In this document: positions 28,067 through 42,682 of the stretch, piece by piece
Numbering within the stretch: position 1 is the first letter of the stretch
Layout of the letters: every line of letters begins with the position of its first letter
The notes under the pieces: model-generated
Databases searched by the model: none
What the model was told of the DNA's origin: nothing
What the model saw: only the letters and a program-made list of their open reading frames with translations
From: Eledone cirrhosa
Lineage: Eukaryota
DNA: 64,000 nucleotides
Assembly (NCBI GenBank): GCA_964016885.1
Contig: OZ024758.1
Location: 30,690,001 to 30,754,000 of the forward strand
Direction: 5' to 3'
Translations under genes and position numbers: made by a program

Positions 28067-30633
28067 ATGCTTCAAGTGAACTATAACCTCCCCCTTTCCT
28101 TACGCCTGAGCCAGGCCCAGTTCACAACTGTAAAGAAACTCTTCCAGCTATCTGAAAAGCGCGCCAAAGCCGGCTGCCAAATAATCTTCCTAAATCGATG
28201 CCTGAATAACAACATCATCTCCAAAACTATCAAAAACTTGCACCTACCAACATGCTTCAAATCACCAGGCCTCAAACGATCACTTAGTTACATACAAAAA
28301 TTCTGCCTAAGAAAACTCATACAACACCTACACCGCACGCTACAACAACACATACGGACTATTTCCAGCCTTGTACCACAACTCGCTGAAACTCCAGAAC
28401 CTCTGTCCAGAGTTATCTCCGCCACTATAGACAGGTCATACCACCATCGCCGAGACGACGAGAAAATACGCCGAACGCAAACATTTCTCAAACTCAGCAC
28501 GGCTAACCGTCTTAACAACATCCCAACTCTAAGCACCAACAGAGGCGAACAAGACGGTACCAACACCGAACCTACCGGCACCCCGACCAACAACACACCT
28601 GACGCAAAACACCTCGTCACAGACTTGACAGGATCCCTCTCCCGAGAGGAATTAGACCTCCACAGCCTGGGTCCCAAGTTCATATTGAAACAGAGACTGG
28701 ACGACAAATTATGGCTCGACATAGAAACGAATTTCTGTCGGGCTGCCTACCAACTTAAATGGATATCGACTCTCGACAACAACACCACGGAATCCATCAA
28801 ACCCAGATTCCCGATATACCAACTAGATCGCCCACTCTGTCCACCGCCTGCCAACCGCGAGCTCGAAGAAAAACTCTCGAGGCTAAAACATTCCGTATTT
28901 AACATCTTACGGAAAAAGAAGAAGATAGCCCCAAACCTCTCCAGGACACAACTCGCCCTGAAGAACCTACGGAATAGGGAACTTATATACTTACCATCCG
29001 ACAAAGGTAAAGAGTTTTGCGTCATCTCTCAAGCCACATACAACAACCTAGCCTTTGAACACCTAAGCGACAGTGAATTATATACAGAGATCCCGGACAT
29101 GACTGTAGCCCAGATCGAAAAACAGACCAACTCCATCTGGTTCGATATCTGTAGGAGAAGACAACTCCCAAATAAAGTTAAGCTCAACTACACCACTAGA
29201 AATAGCAGACTGCCCACTTTCTACCACCTCATCAAGACCCACAAGAATAGTACTAAGACGCAATAAGACCCATCGTCTCTAGCATAGAAGGACCCCTATA
29301 CAAAATTTCCTGGCTCCTCTCCCAGGTCCTCAAGCCTCTACTCTCCACCTTTCCCGGGCATGTCAGTAGCTCCGACGAAGTTACACGTAGACTACACCAA
29401 CTCCAGCCAGAACAACTTAAACTAAATAGATACGCCTTTAGCCTCGACGTTGTCTCCCTCTACACTACAGTCCCCGCTCATCCAGCTGTCGATTTATTGA
29501 CGGATTGCGTGGTCGCAGAGGACATCCACTGCTACGGCCTCCATCCGACGGACATACACCAGCTTTTGTCCTTCACAGTAGACAACACGTACTTCACCTT
29601 CCACCACCACACATACAGACAGACAACAGGATTACCCATGGGATCCAGCCTATCGGGCCTGCTGGCCATCATCTATATGAACCAGCTAGAATGCCGAGCC
29701 CTCAACACCTGCCATTCCCATACCTTCTTCACCCGATATGTAGATGACATACTCATCCTTACATCATTCCGTGACGAGGCAGATAAAATATACACAACAT
29801 TCTCCAGCATGCACGCCAGTATAAAGTTCAGCATGGAACACCCTGATGACCGCGGATCCCTATCCCTACTGGACTTCCAACTCAGGGTAACAGAGGAAGG
29901 CAACATCCACACCTGCTTCTATAAAAAAGCCGCCAGTAGGGACCTGTTCGTACATTTCAGATCGGCCCTCCCAGCCGGCGCTATGTTCGGATACATAAGG
30001 AACGAACTACACGTATCCGGAACAAATGCACCGACGCTAGAGACCGAGACACACACACCACACATTTCCTGGAAGTACTCAAACTGAACGGATACACGAC
30101 ATCCACCACAAACCGTGCCAGAAAGAATAGAGGACACCACACCCGAGGCACTAACACTTGCTTCCTGAAGCTCCCACACTTCAGTGACGAAACAACAACA
30201 GCCACCCGCAGAGCTATCAGACGAGAGGGACTAGATATCCAACTGGCCCACTCAGGTCCTTCTCTACGCGGACAGCTAACCAAAAGACACTCCACCAGAC
30301 ATGACAACTGCTGCAGGCTAGCCAACTGCCCCATCAACGACACAGAGCTATGCCATCAGGCTTACGTCGTATACAGACTAGAGTGTGACAAATGCAGCAA
30401 CTTCTACGTAGGTAGCACCACCAGACCACTCCACATAAGAATAAAAGAACACCTCAATACTAACGCTTCCTCATTTAAGAAACACCTAGTTAAATGCAAA
30501 AACCATAACAGTTAGGATAGAAACAAAGGAAAGAAACCTCGGCAATCTTAGAATTACGGAAGCACTAATTATAGACAAAACACAACCACCAATCAATAAT
30601 AGACTACAACTCAACACCCAATTTATAACTTGA
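28067..30633 (+). pseudogene. PLE polyprotein: N-terminal domain, reverse transcriptase, Cys linker, GIY-YIG endonuclease; at least 2 frameshifts (about 29260 and 30010)
   Basis: LGPKF, PSDKG, FYHLIKTHK, RPIVS, FSLDVVSLYT, QTTGLPMGSSLSG, RYVDD, LLDF, CRLANCPI, VVYRLECDKCSNFYVGSTTRPLHIRIKEH, EALII. Confidence 0.9.
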
Positions 30634-30685
30634 TAGAGCTTCTAGCCCCATAGTTACCTCCACCCCACACACGCACACACACACG

Positions 30686-30766
<81 letters not shown>

Positions 30767-31086
30767 ACACCTCCACTTATTCTCTCTCACACACACACAT
30801 ACACACACAAAGACCAGTTCTACCACGAGATAACATCTATCCCTCACATTTACGTATAGACATATCTTCTCACACTCACACACACACACTCACATACTTA
30901 CACCTTCATGCATTCTCCCACACACTTAAACAGGCATGTAAAAAAAAAAAACCTTTTAAAGGGAGACTACTCTTTATCCACCTAACCTTAACTCTTTGAC
31001 ATTAGAGATAGAACAGATACTCTATACCATTTCCTGTCAGCATGACTTGGCAAGCTATTTAGAACACTGGTTTAACCGCTTTACTT

Positions 31087-31123
31087 CCCTCCGAAGAAGA
31101 GATATTATCTCGAAAATTAAGGG
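31087..31123 (+). ncRNA. Minimal hammerhead variant (U4C core) in the pLTR; twin at 27902-27933
   Basis: ccct-CCGAAGA-agagatattatctc-GAAA-at-TA-aggg, followed by AATAAA and aagGTAAAA. Confidence 0.65.
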
Positions 31124-31216
31124 CATTTAAATAAATCTAAGGTAAAAGACTAATTGTCAACAATATCTATAAGAATATATATATATATATAAATATGTGT
31201 ATATATATATATATAA

Positions 31217-31253
<37 letters not shown>

Positions 31254-31352
31254 TGTATATATATATATATATCTATATATATAAATATGTATATATATAT
31301 AAATATAGTGACGAAACATAAGTCAATTCCATGAACTCATAATCCTTTATTT

Positions 31353-31408
31353 ACTGCTATATATATTTCGATGATAGCCATTGAATGGTTATAACCTCAC
31401 CAGGCAGT
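31353..31408 (-). ncRNA. Hammerhead motif with CTGGTGA core in a short PLE end (about 31305-31470)
   Basis: Minus strand actgc-CTGGTGA-ggttataacc...catc-GAAA-tatata-TA-gcagt-aaataaa. Confidence 0.6.
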
Positions 31409-31477
31409 TGGTCAGTTCTTAGATATGCCAAAACTGTGTTTATGGTGTTGATGGTATCAGAGCCTTGGGATATATAT

Positions 31478-31900
31478 AGTTTCAAGCTTATTAGCTACCG
31501 ACAGCAAGTGAGAAATGAAATTTTGTTTCATTTTTTCCGTTTATCGTTTTCGGTACCCCGGCCGATTAACTCACTCGATATGCAAATTAGGCTGCACAGC
31601 CGTTAACATGCATAAGGAAAGTATATACTTTCAGACGTTCAACCATCTGGCAGGAAGGTATACGTTGCTGACGATAGCTAATAAGCTTGAAACTAGTACA
31701 GCGTTCTTTTGTCAGTGTTGAACAAATGAGCAACGATGGTTGCTAGACACTGTACTGCTTAATTCGGGATATTTGTTTACAAAGACACCGAGCATTAAAA
31801 TAAATGTTCGGTGAATCCATACGTACATATATATATGTGTGCATGTATGTATATATATATATATATACTACTGTACGTCTGTATACATATATGTATGTAT
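31478..31900 (+). mobile_element. Third copy of the CTGACGA hammerhead element (hammerhead 31663-31703) with short inverted 5' piece
   Basis: cgttg-CTGACGA-tagctaataagctt-GAAA-ctag-TA-cagcg; 31478-31507 is an inverted fragment of the same ribozyme. Confidence 0.8.
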
Positions 31901-31921
31901 ACATATATGTATGTATACATA

Positions 31922-32570
31922 TATGTAAAACAAAGATCGAGGATGTAAGCCACATTGTTGCCAGCTGCGAAAGAATGTCATCTCGCTACTACCTCCCCAT
32001 GAGACACGATGGGATAGCTAGAACCATCTGGAACGCACTTCGGAAAACAAAATTAACAACAAACGAGGTGGAATATATATAGAGACAGATGGCACTAAGG
32101 AATACTGGTGGAACCTGAAAATAAAAACTGCCACCAAATTAAAGCACAACCGGCCTGATATTGTTGTTTGGGACCACACATTGAAAACGTGTTCTGTTGT
32201 GGAGATCAGCTGCTCACTTGATGTAAACGTTGTCAGAAAAATACAGGAGAAGGAGGACATCTACGGACCATTGATGAGGAGTTTACAAATCCAGTATCCA
32301 AGATACACCTTTAGCTTCATACCCATCATTATTGGAGCTACGGGTTTTATACCAACCCGCTTGGACCAAAGTATGACTGAACTTGGATTTGCGGACAAAA
32401 AGCGCAGCTCCCTAATTCATAGTCTACAAATGGCTGCGATAGCTGGCACCTTCAAAATTTGCAAAACATTCTTGCGAATCAAGGGATGACAATTTCTTTT
32501 CTTTTACAACCTTGCCACCAGGAAGGTGGCCGGTCAAAAAAATATACTCGAAATTAAGAGAAAGAGATAT
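31922..32570 (+). mobile_element. 3' fragment of an R4/Dong-like non-LTR retrotransposon (CCHC + restriction-like endonuclease) ending at (TACA)n
   Basis: C...IEDVSHIVASC...RHD, WWNLKI.T..KLKHNRPDIVVWD....CSVVEISC....V.RK..EK...Y, PIIIGATG; stop at 32489. Confidence 0.85.
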
Positions 32571-33328
32571 ACATACATACATACATACATACATACATAC
32601 ATACATACATACATACATACATACATACATACATACATACATACATACGTGCTGAAGGTGTAGAATCCTTCCACTTTTTCTCATCTTATTTTCAATTGTG
32701 TTTTATGAATTCTTAATAAATTTGAATATTATCTTGAAATCTTTGCAATCCCTTCATTTTGGAATGTAAAGCTCGTACGTACGTACTCATGTATGTATGT
32801 ATGTATGTATGTATGTATGTATGTATGTATGTATGTATGTATGTATGTATGTATGTATGTATGTATGTATATAGATATATTTATATAGATATATTTATAT
32901 ACATATAGATATATTTATATACATATATATATATATTTATATATATATATATATTTATATACATATACATATATGTATATGTATTTAAATATATACATAT
33001 ATGTATTTATATACATATATGTATTTATATACATATATGTATTTATATACATATATATATATATATAAATACATATATATACATATATCTATTTATATAC
33101 ATATATATGTATATAAATATATATGTATATATATGTATATAAATATATATATATATATGTATATAAATATATATATATATATGTATATAAATATATATAT
33201 ATATATATGTATATAAATACATATATGTATATATATGTATATAAATACATATATGTACATATATGTATATAAATATATATATATATATGTATATAAATAC
33301 ATATATGTATATATATGTATATAAATAT

Positions 33329-33359
<31 letters not shown>

Positions 33360-33888
33360 AATATATATATATAAATATATATATATGTATATAAATATAT
33401 ATACATAAATATATACATAAATATATACATAAATACATACATACATAGGTACGTATGTACGTGTGTGTGTGTGCATTGCTGGAGGAAGAACTCTGTAGAA
33501 TTGGCGATAAGATTTTTGTAAACGTAATCTAACTGAGATTCTATTCCAAGCTGGAAACTAACTTACAAAACCACTAATGATCTTTAAAAACACAGGACTG
33601 TCCTGACTTTTCCTTAAGCTATACACATTGTCACATACAAGGGGATTCTAAGATTACACGGATAATACGTACGTACACACACACTTACATACGTGCGTAC
33701 ATACATACATACATACATACACACATGCATACGTGCGTACATACATACATATATGCATACGTGCGTACATACATACATGATGGCTGCCCCCTCGTTATCG
33801 AGTATGGCCATTGCACGAGAAGAAAAAAAAAAAAATAAATAAAATAAAATAAAATAAAATAATAATAATAATAATAATAAAAAAAAAG

Positions 33889-33923
<35 letters not shown>

Positions 33924-33944
33924 CATACACACATACATACACAT

Positions 33945-33975
<31 letters not shown>

Positions 33976-34647
33976 TACATTAATAACAATAATAATAATA
34001 ATAATAATAATAGCAATAATAATAATAACGACAACAACAATAATAATATACCTACCTACATACATACATATATGCATACGTGCGTACATACATACATACA
34101 TATATTCATACGTGCGTACATACATACATACATATATTCATACGTGCGTACAAACATACATACATATATGCATACATACATACATACATACATGCATACG
34201 TGCGTACATACATCCATACATACATACATATATATATACATACGTGCGTACATACATACATATATGCATACGTGCGTACATACTTATGCATACGTGCGTA
34301 CATACATATATGCATACGTGCGTACATACATATATGCATACGTGCGTACATACATACATACATGCATACGTGCGTACATACATATATGTATACGTGCGTA
34401 CATACATACTTACATATATGCATACGTGCATACATACATACATACATATATACATACATGCGTACATACATACTTACATATATGCATACGTGCGTACATA
34501 CTTATATACATATATACATGCATATATACATATATACATATATACATGCATATATACATATATATATTCATACATACATGTATACATGTATATATATATA
34601 TCTATGTATGACTGTATATATGTATATAGCTCGGAAGAAAGCAGTTT

Positions 34648-35105
34648 CCTGGTGTGCTGAGAAAGTTCTAATTAAGAAAACTGTGATTGGGAGCAACTTG
34701 GTTGCAATTTGGCTAAATTACAAGAAAGCATTTGATTATTTTCTCTTCTGGTGAATGTTAAAGGCTCTTCGACAATTTAAATGTCTAGAGACCATAATCA
34801 AGGAAATCGGAAACCTGGACGTGTCCCGAGCCATCTTCCAGGAGTTATAGGAAGTAATCCCATTGTCACTAACAGGATACAGTATCGGAGGAATGTATTT
34901 CAAAGAGATAGTCTCTCTTTGAAGTCGTTTAAACATACAGTTCACTACTTGTCCCCTTTCTTAGGAAATTTGTTTCACAGGAAAACTAGTAAAACGAATC
35001 TAACATACAGCTTCCTTGTGAACGACCTGAAATCTTATGCCAAATATATGAATGCTAGGAAGAAAAACCTTGATTTGAATACGACATTTCCAGGAGATAT
35101 ATTAT
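34648..35105 (+). pseudogene. Highly decayed R4/Dong-like RT fragment
   Basis: C.EK.LI.K.V, NL.AIWLNYKKAFD, I.YRR..FQ.DSLS, FLVNDLK.YAK (decayed FMDDLKLY). Confidence 0.65.
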
Positions 35106-36043
35106 GTAACTTGTGGTTACTAGCTGCAATGCTGGTTGAAGCACTCGGTGGTGTTACGGGGTCCGTCAGTCGTTGGGTTGTGCTCAAGGTTTAAGGCGGT
35201 TGTAGTTTGCAGAGTGTATATATAGAGTGACAATAGGAAGTCAGATTTGCAGCTTGTTATGAAACTTTATTGAATATTACAACTGTTTCGATATTGATTA
35301 GTTCGGGTTTGATCAGGCGATCGGTTCCATCCAAAAGTTTGGATGGAACCACCCGATGTAAACTCGCATATCTGAGGAGGTGTCGATTAAGGGTTGGGAT
35401 CCGATTTATATATATATATGTATACTCAATACATTAACAGAGAAAGCCTTAAGCTATACTCTGACTGGCTTCCATCTCACTCAACAAACATTAGGATATA
35501 CCTTAGTATAATCCCAATTTTACGTTTCGGGTGCTAACTATATGTATTTTGCGGAAGACCAGTAGTATTATTTTATATGAGACATAATTAAAATATATCT
35601 CCTTTTCCAAACAATTGTTTCATTATAAGTTTTCTACAAGTTGGGAGAATGTGTCCGGGTTATGTAGAAGCCTTCACAACATTCCGTAGGAATATATGCA
35701 GGTGGGCACTTATAAATCATCAGTGAATGCCCGTCAAACATCGATATAAAAAAAATTCTCTTACCGATGTTTTAATCCCATGTCAGCGATTGTCTCTCTC
35801 CGTATCAGAATGACCGTGGAAGTTAGTAAAATCGAAGTTGCGGCGCTCGGCCATCATCCACGAAAGAAGAATATGCGGAGCTTTGCACGAAGCACTCAAT
35901 AAGAAGATATCGATAAATCGATAAGTTACATCTTAGAATAATAAACATACGTTAAATAGCGTGATAAATTGAAAACTGTGGTTGAGGGGACAAAGCCACA
36001 GAAGCCACTACAACAACGAAAATACAATCAGGTTACACACACA

Positions 36044-36112
<69 letters not shown>

Positions 36113-36387
36113 TATATTAAATTGGGCCAGAATAAATGTTCTTACCTAAATGTAAAACGCAAGAAAACTAAAATATCTGATGAGAAATACTAGAGGTAGT
36201 CAAATAAAGATGACAATAAACCCAACGATAAACCCAACGATGACAATAAACCCAACAATAAACCCAACGAGGAAGGCACAAGGGAATACGGCACTATAAA
36301 AGTATATAGTCTTCAGGACTCTCAACATACATTAAATCAGTGGCCTACAATGGGATTGCTATATTTGTAATATTATCAACATTTGTT

Positions 36388-36592
36388 AAGGGCGGTGGAT
36401 TTAAGGGCGGTGGATTGGCAGTATCAGTAGAGGGTCGGACGCCATGCTTTCCAGCATAGTTACGTCCCTTTACGATCTGAGTTCAAATCCCGCCGAGGTT
36501 GACTTTGCCTTTCATCCTTACGGGGTCGATAAAATAAAGTACCAGTAATGCACTGGGTAATTGTTGGCCTTGTGCTTAAAGTAGAGACAATT
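36388..36592 (+). mobile_element. SINE family A, full length, TSD attatcaacattt
   Basis: A box tggcagtatcag, B box gagttcaaatcc, core, tail. Confidence 0.85.
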
Positions 36593-36874
36593 ATCAACAT
36601 TTTTTACTCCACGATTCGACGATAAATGAAAGCCGGGCTATTGATGTTAAAACTCCCAAACTATTAATTAATACCAGTAATTACACCTGATCAGTGATAT
36701 AAACAACGTCTACATGGAAGCAGAGGTTTGCTATCGTTTGAAATATGTTTTGTATGAAACATTTACCAAACATCAAAGCGCATCCATAGATCAAGTAAAA
36801 TAATCATAAAAAAAAATAATAAACATATACGTATACCTATACAGACTCACGTACACATATATATATATATATAT

Positions 36875-36995
<121 letters not shown>

Positions 36996-37564
36996 GAGAC
37001 ATTTATGTGTGTGTATACAGTAGGTAGATGTAGTGAGTCAAAGCACCTTTGAAGTAAATCTCAAACTGCTCATGAATTCGTTTAAGTATTAAATTAAGAG
37101 CAATGTGACGTTTTTTGTGAAATATATTTGGTAATTGAAAGACAGAAGAGAGAAGTGAGCAGATAAAATTTGGGATTGTCACAAAACAAAGACACAATGG
37201 ACCACCGACCGTTGCACATAGGTGCAGCTGCAATATTTCAGGTCTTTACTCTACACAGCTGTATTCTGGATATAAGATGGAAATTTTGGTTATGTTTTTA
37301 TGCGACAAAATTTATAATTCAAGCCTTCAGGGGTATCCTAGAAGCAACAGGTGTAGCGGAAATATCAGCCCAGCCTCTACTAACAACTTAAGTAGAGTAA
37401 ACCCTCGTCTTTCTAATAAGATGTTCATATGGACACCATGTGGGACAAGGGATATGTGCAAAGATTTACTGTCTAATCGAGCAAATATTATTTCAGAAAA
37501 CTATTTTTGATAATAATTAATAATTAATAATAATTAAGATTATTCATTATTATTATTATATATT

Positions 37565-37756
37565 CAGGGCGGTGAATTGGCAGTATCGGAAGAGGGTCGG
37601 ATGCCATGCTTTGACGTATAGAGTTACGGCCCTTTCTATTCTGAGTTCAAATCGCGCCGAGGTTAACTTTGCCTTTCATCCTTACGGGGTCGATAAAATA
37701 AAGTACTAGTAATGCACTGGGTAATTGCTGGTCTTGTGCCAAAAGTAGAAACAATT
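37565..37756 (+). mobile_element. SINE family A, full length, TSD ttattatatattca
   Basis: A/B boxes, core, tail. Confidence 0.85.
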
Positions 37757-38450
37757 ATTATTATATATTCAAATAATTAGTTTTGATAGTAGTACAGCAA
37801 CGCTGCCTGAAACAAAACGTACCTTCGAGGAGTTACGTTATGAACGACTAACAGAAAGTTTTATGACAGTACTACATGCTGCCGTCTAAACAAGCGTAGA
37901 AACACTACATTTCTCTCTAACAAATATAATTATACACACCACTCTATATTGAATACCTTTTTCTGTTGATAGATTTTCAGTTGATTTTGATCATGCTTTT
38001 ATATTTATTTTTATTTCATTTATTTTTATTTTGATCATGCTTTATTTTTATTTTTATTTTTAATTTCATTCGCACCGTTTCCTTTCGCTATATGTCTCTC
38101 CACCACTCCCCTACAGACCCTTTGAACTCTGTTCCCACACACTTCTCACCTGAGGAAGGGCTTATGCCCGAAACGTCGTTCCCCACCACCACCCCACTCT
38201 CCAGAGCGTGAAATTAATAAACATTCGTTGTACTGCCTCTCTGTTTTGTTCCTGTTCAAATTTTCCATTATATATATATATATATATATCACAGAAAAAA
38301 AGAGTCAGTGTTGCGACGAATGGAATTTATTGGACATATTACAATCGTTTCTCTAGCGACCAGCTTGAGGCACGATCGATATGATGATCGAACCTGACTC
38401 TGAAAATCGCATGGTCCTACCACATACGGACGCTATAAGCATCCAACACC

Positions 38451-38506
<56 letters not shown>

Positions 38507-38591
38507 GTTATTCCGGGTTGAATCGGAGGTAACCACAGTAAGTAAGGTACTCAATACATTGAAGAGTATAAAAGTTTTAATATAGATGAGA

Positions 38592-38636
38592 TTCTACAGG
38601 ACTAGAACTGTTTCATTCTTTAGAAATCATCAGGAA
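38592..38636 (-). ncRNA. Type I hammerhead with looped stem III (twin at 48252-48296, minus strand)
   Basis: Minus strand ttc-CTGATGA-tttctaaagaat-GAAA-cagttctagtcctg-TA-gaa. Confidence 0.7.
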
Positions 38637-39273
38637 TTTATATATACATATATATAATAGAAAAAACGAGGAAGTTTCGTTTACATATGAAAATATTTAT
38701 TGAGTATCGACTTCTTATACGCACGTTTCGCAGAGGATTGGCTCAAGGTAACCCATAGGTGTTATGGACCCGACACCAGTATACATCTTCTCCTCAGACT
38801 GGTGATGCGGCAAAAGTTATATTTATGTTGTGGTATGGGGGCCGAGAAGGTATATATATATATTGAGGCATGGGCCCTGTATTTACCGATATTAATGAGC
38901 GAGTTTATGTGAGCGCGCGAGCAGTTAAGGGTTTGTGTGCGCGGGCGAGCGCGCGTGTATGTGTATGTGTGTGTGTGTGTGCGTGTGGCCGCCTTTTGGA
39001 ATATGTATTGGTCATATATATACATATATACCTGCACAATCTGGTTCCATTCCGACTGCCGCCCGCATATCGGAATCCTATCAACTGGTGTATCGGTCCA
39101 ACTAACTCTAATTTCCTACCCCAACGAAGTCGTTTTCATCACTGGTTAACGTTTATGGGTACACTCTATTTGGTCGGGTATGTATTTTAATAATACAGAC
39201 TTAATTAAATTAATGAGTGAGTGAGAAAACGACCGAATCTCTGTCCATCCATTCTATTCGATTAGCTTCGTTC

Positions 39274-39355
<82 letters not shown>

Positions 39356-39374
39356 ATATATTTATATATATTTA

Positions 39375-39505
<131 letters not shown>

Positions 39506-39532
39506 ATATTTATAAATATATATATATATATT

Positions 39533-39953
<421 letters not shown>

Positions 39954-39964
39954 ATATATATTTA

Positions 39965-39998
<34 letters not shown>

Positions 39999-40030
39999 CA
40001 TATATATATATATATTTATACATATATTTA

Positions 40031-40064
<34 letters not shown>

Positions 40065-40342
40065 CATATATATATATATATTTATACATATATATATATA
40101 TATTTATACATATATATATATATATTTTATACATATATATATATATATTTATACATATATATATATATATTTATACATATATATATATATATTTATACAT
40201 ATATATATATATTTATACATATATATATATATATTTATACATATATATATATATATATTTATATATACATCTCGGAAGTTGTTTTTCGCTAATTGCAAAG
40301 TCGAAATACGATTCTCGCTAATTATATTTGTATATATATATA

Positions 40343-40900
40343 TATAAAATATTAAAAAAATAATGAATAAAACAATGAAACAGTTCCTTATATTAAACAA
40401 AAAAAGTTCATTATTTAACGATCGTTTCTAGGATATATATGTGTTAGAATGGCATGCATATTCAACAGATCTATGTACAAAATTATACAAAATTATACAA
40501 ACTATCAAAATTAAATATACATACCAACACATATATATGCCGTCTTCAGAAATAATTATTTCTGAAGACGGCATATATATGTGTTGGTATGTATATTTAA
40601 TTTTGATAGTTTGTATAATTTTGTATAATTTTGTACATAGATCTGTTGAATATGCATGCCAATTCTAACACATATATATCCTAGAAACGATCGTTAAATA
40701 ATGAACTTTTTTTGTTTAATATAAGGAACTGTTTCATTGTTTTATTCATTATTTTTTTAATATTTTATCTTGACTCTGTATTCCGTTTATCTTTCACCGA
40801 AAGTGATTTTTCATTGCATCTCTTCTTTCCATGATATCCGGATTACATTGAGTTCTTCATACGGATTGGACACTACCGTAAACTCTTGGTAGATTTATCT
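40343..40900. mobile_element. Near-perfect palindrome of about 425 bp (40343-40768, centre 40555/40556) plus tail; fold-back PLE end
   Basis: Arms are reverse complements with about 1 difference and no spacer; embedded between long (TA)-rich tracts. Confidence 0.85.
40556..40701 (+). ncRNA. Type I hammerhead with about 115 nt stem II
   Basis: ttattt-CTGAAGA-cggcatatatatgtgttgg...ctaacacatatatatccta-GAAA-cgatcg-TT-aaataa; 6 bp stem I, palindromic stem III. Confidence 0.7.
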
Positions 40901-40919
40901 ACATATATATATATATATT

Positions 40920-41327
<408 letters not shown>

Positions 41328-41452
41328 ATATATATTTTTATATATATATATTTTTATATATATATATTCATATATAATATATATTTATATATATATATAT
41401 ATATATTATATATATTTATATATATATATATTTATATATATATATATTTATT

Positions 41453-41503
<51 letters not shown>

Positions 41504-41518
41504 ATATTTATATATATT

Positions 41519-41569
<51 letters not shown>

Positions 41570-41592
41570 ATATATTTATTTATATATATATA

Positions 41593-41631
<39 letters not shown>

Positions 41632-41652
41632 TTATATATATATATATTTATT

Positions 41653-41685
<33 letters not shown>

Positions 41686-41732
41686 ATTTATTTATATATA
41701 TATATATTTATTTATATATATATATATTTATT

Positions 41733-41789
<57 letters not shown>

Positions 41790-42522
41790 AAGAGAGTATT
41801 GAAGTTTGCTTGAAGCATTGTGGAACAATAAGTAAATATCTTTAAGTCGTTTGGAAGCCTCGACAATGCAAATGGGTAAATCTCCGGGTAACAAGGTCCG
41901 GTGGTGGAGAGAGAGATGTAAGTGGGTGTATGTTGGGATGCGTGGTGTGTATAAGATGTGTGAGATGTGTAGAATGAAGGGAAGAGTATAAAGGATAAAA
42001 TAGAAATAACAACACAAGAGAGAGTTACCTTGGGAGAGATTTAATAGTCCCTATATATTTCGGATTCACATCCATCACCTGGGGTTTTTTCCGGGGTGGG
42101 GGAAAAGGTTGTCTGTCGGACAAGTCCGTAACGCGTCCTTCGCTGTTTGTTGTTTTGAATATCTGAGGTATTCGGCAGAGCGCGCGTGCGCGTGAAATGG
42201 GGTCGGTCGTACAGAGGTCAGCGGCCGAATGAGCGAGTGGGATGGCGCTAGCTGTCAGTCCATTCTCTGCCTGTTTGTTAAATGTTACTGTGTGTGTGTG
42301 TGTGTGCGTGTGTTGTTGTCTCGCTTGAGTGTGTGTGTGTGTGTGTGTTGTTGCCTTGTTCCTCTGTATTGGCAGTGTAGTATGTTCGTATGGTGGAATG
42401 CTACTATTATATATATATAAATGAAAGTATAGAAATTATTGTGAGCGTGAAGCCAACAGTATTTCATAATATATAAGTGACTATAACGTCAAAATGGGAA
42501 ATAATTAACGTAAGATGTGGGA

Positions 42523-42574
<52 letters not shown>

Positions 42575-42682
42575 ATATATATATATTGTTTGAGCCAATC
42601 ACAAAGAACTCAGTGGATTGATAAGCTAAATATTATAGTCCAGAACACAACAGTTAAAGACAGTGGCACCAAGAGAAACGAC

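Larger units (their letters stand above)
27386..31168 (+). mobile_element. Near full-length Penelope-like retroelement with direct pseudo-LTRs (27386-27979 and 30466-31168)
   Basis: Upstream repeat is a 5'-truncated copy of the ORF end and 3' UTR (classic PLE partial tandem); (TA)n on both sides. Confidence 0.92.

Noticed and set aside
28067-30633. Selenoprotein (Naiad-type UGA/SECIS) recoding in the PLE ORFs
   Set aside because: Disruptions are frameshifts or non-UGA stops, not UGA at conserved Cys positions; no SECIS recognised
36405-36495. tRNA genes suggested by A and B boxes
   Set aside because: These are SINE heads; no complete cloverleaf and they continue into the SINE core
37170-37510. 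Possible pogo/Tigger transposase remnant (RPLHIGAAAIFQ resembling QPMDQGVIAxFK)
   Set aside because: Similarity too weak to support without a profile search
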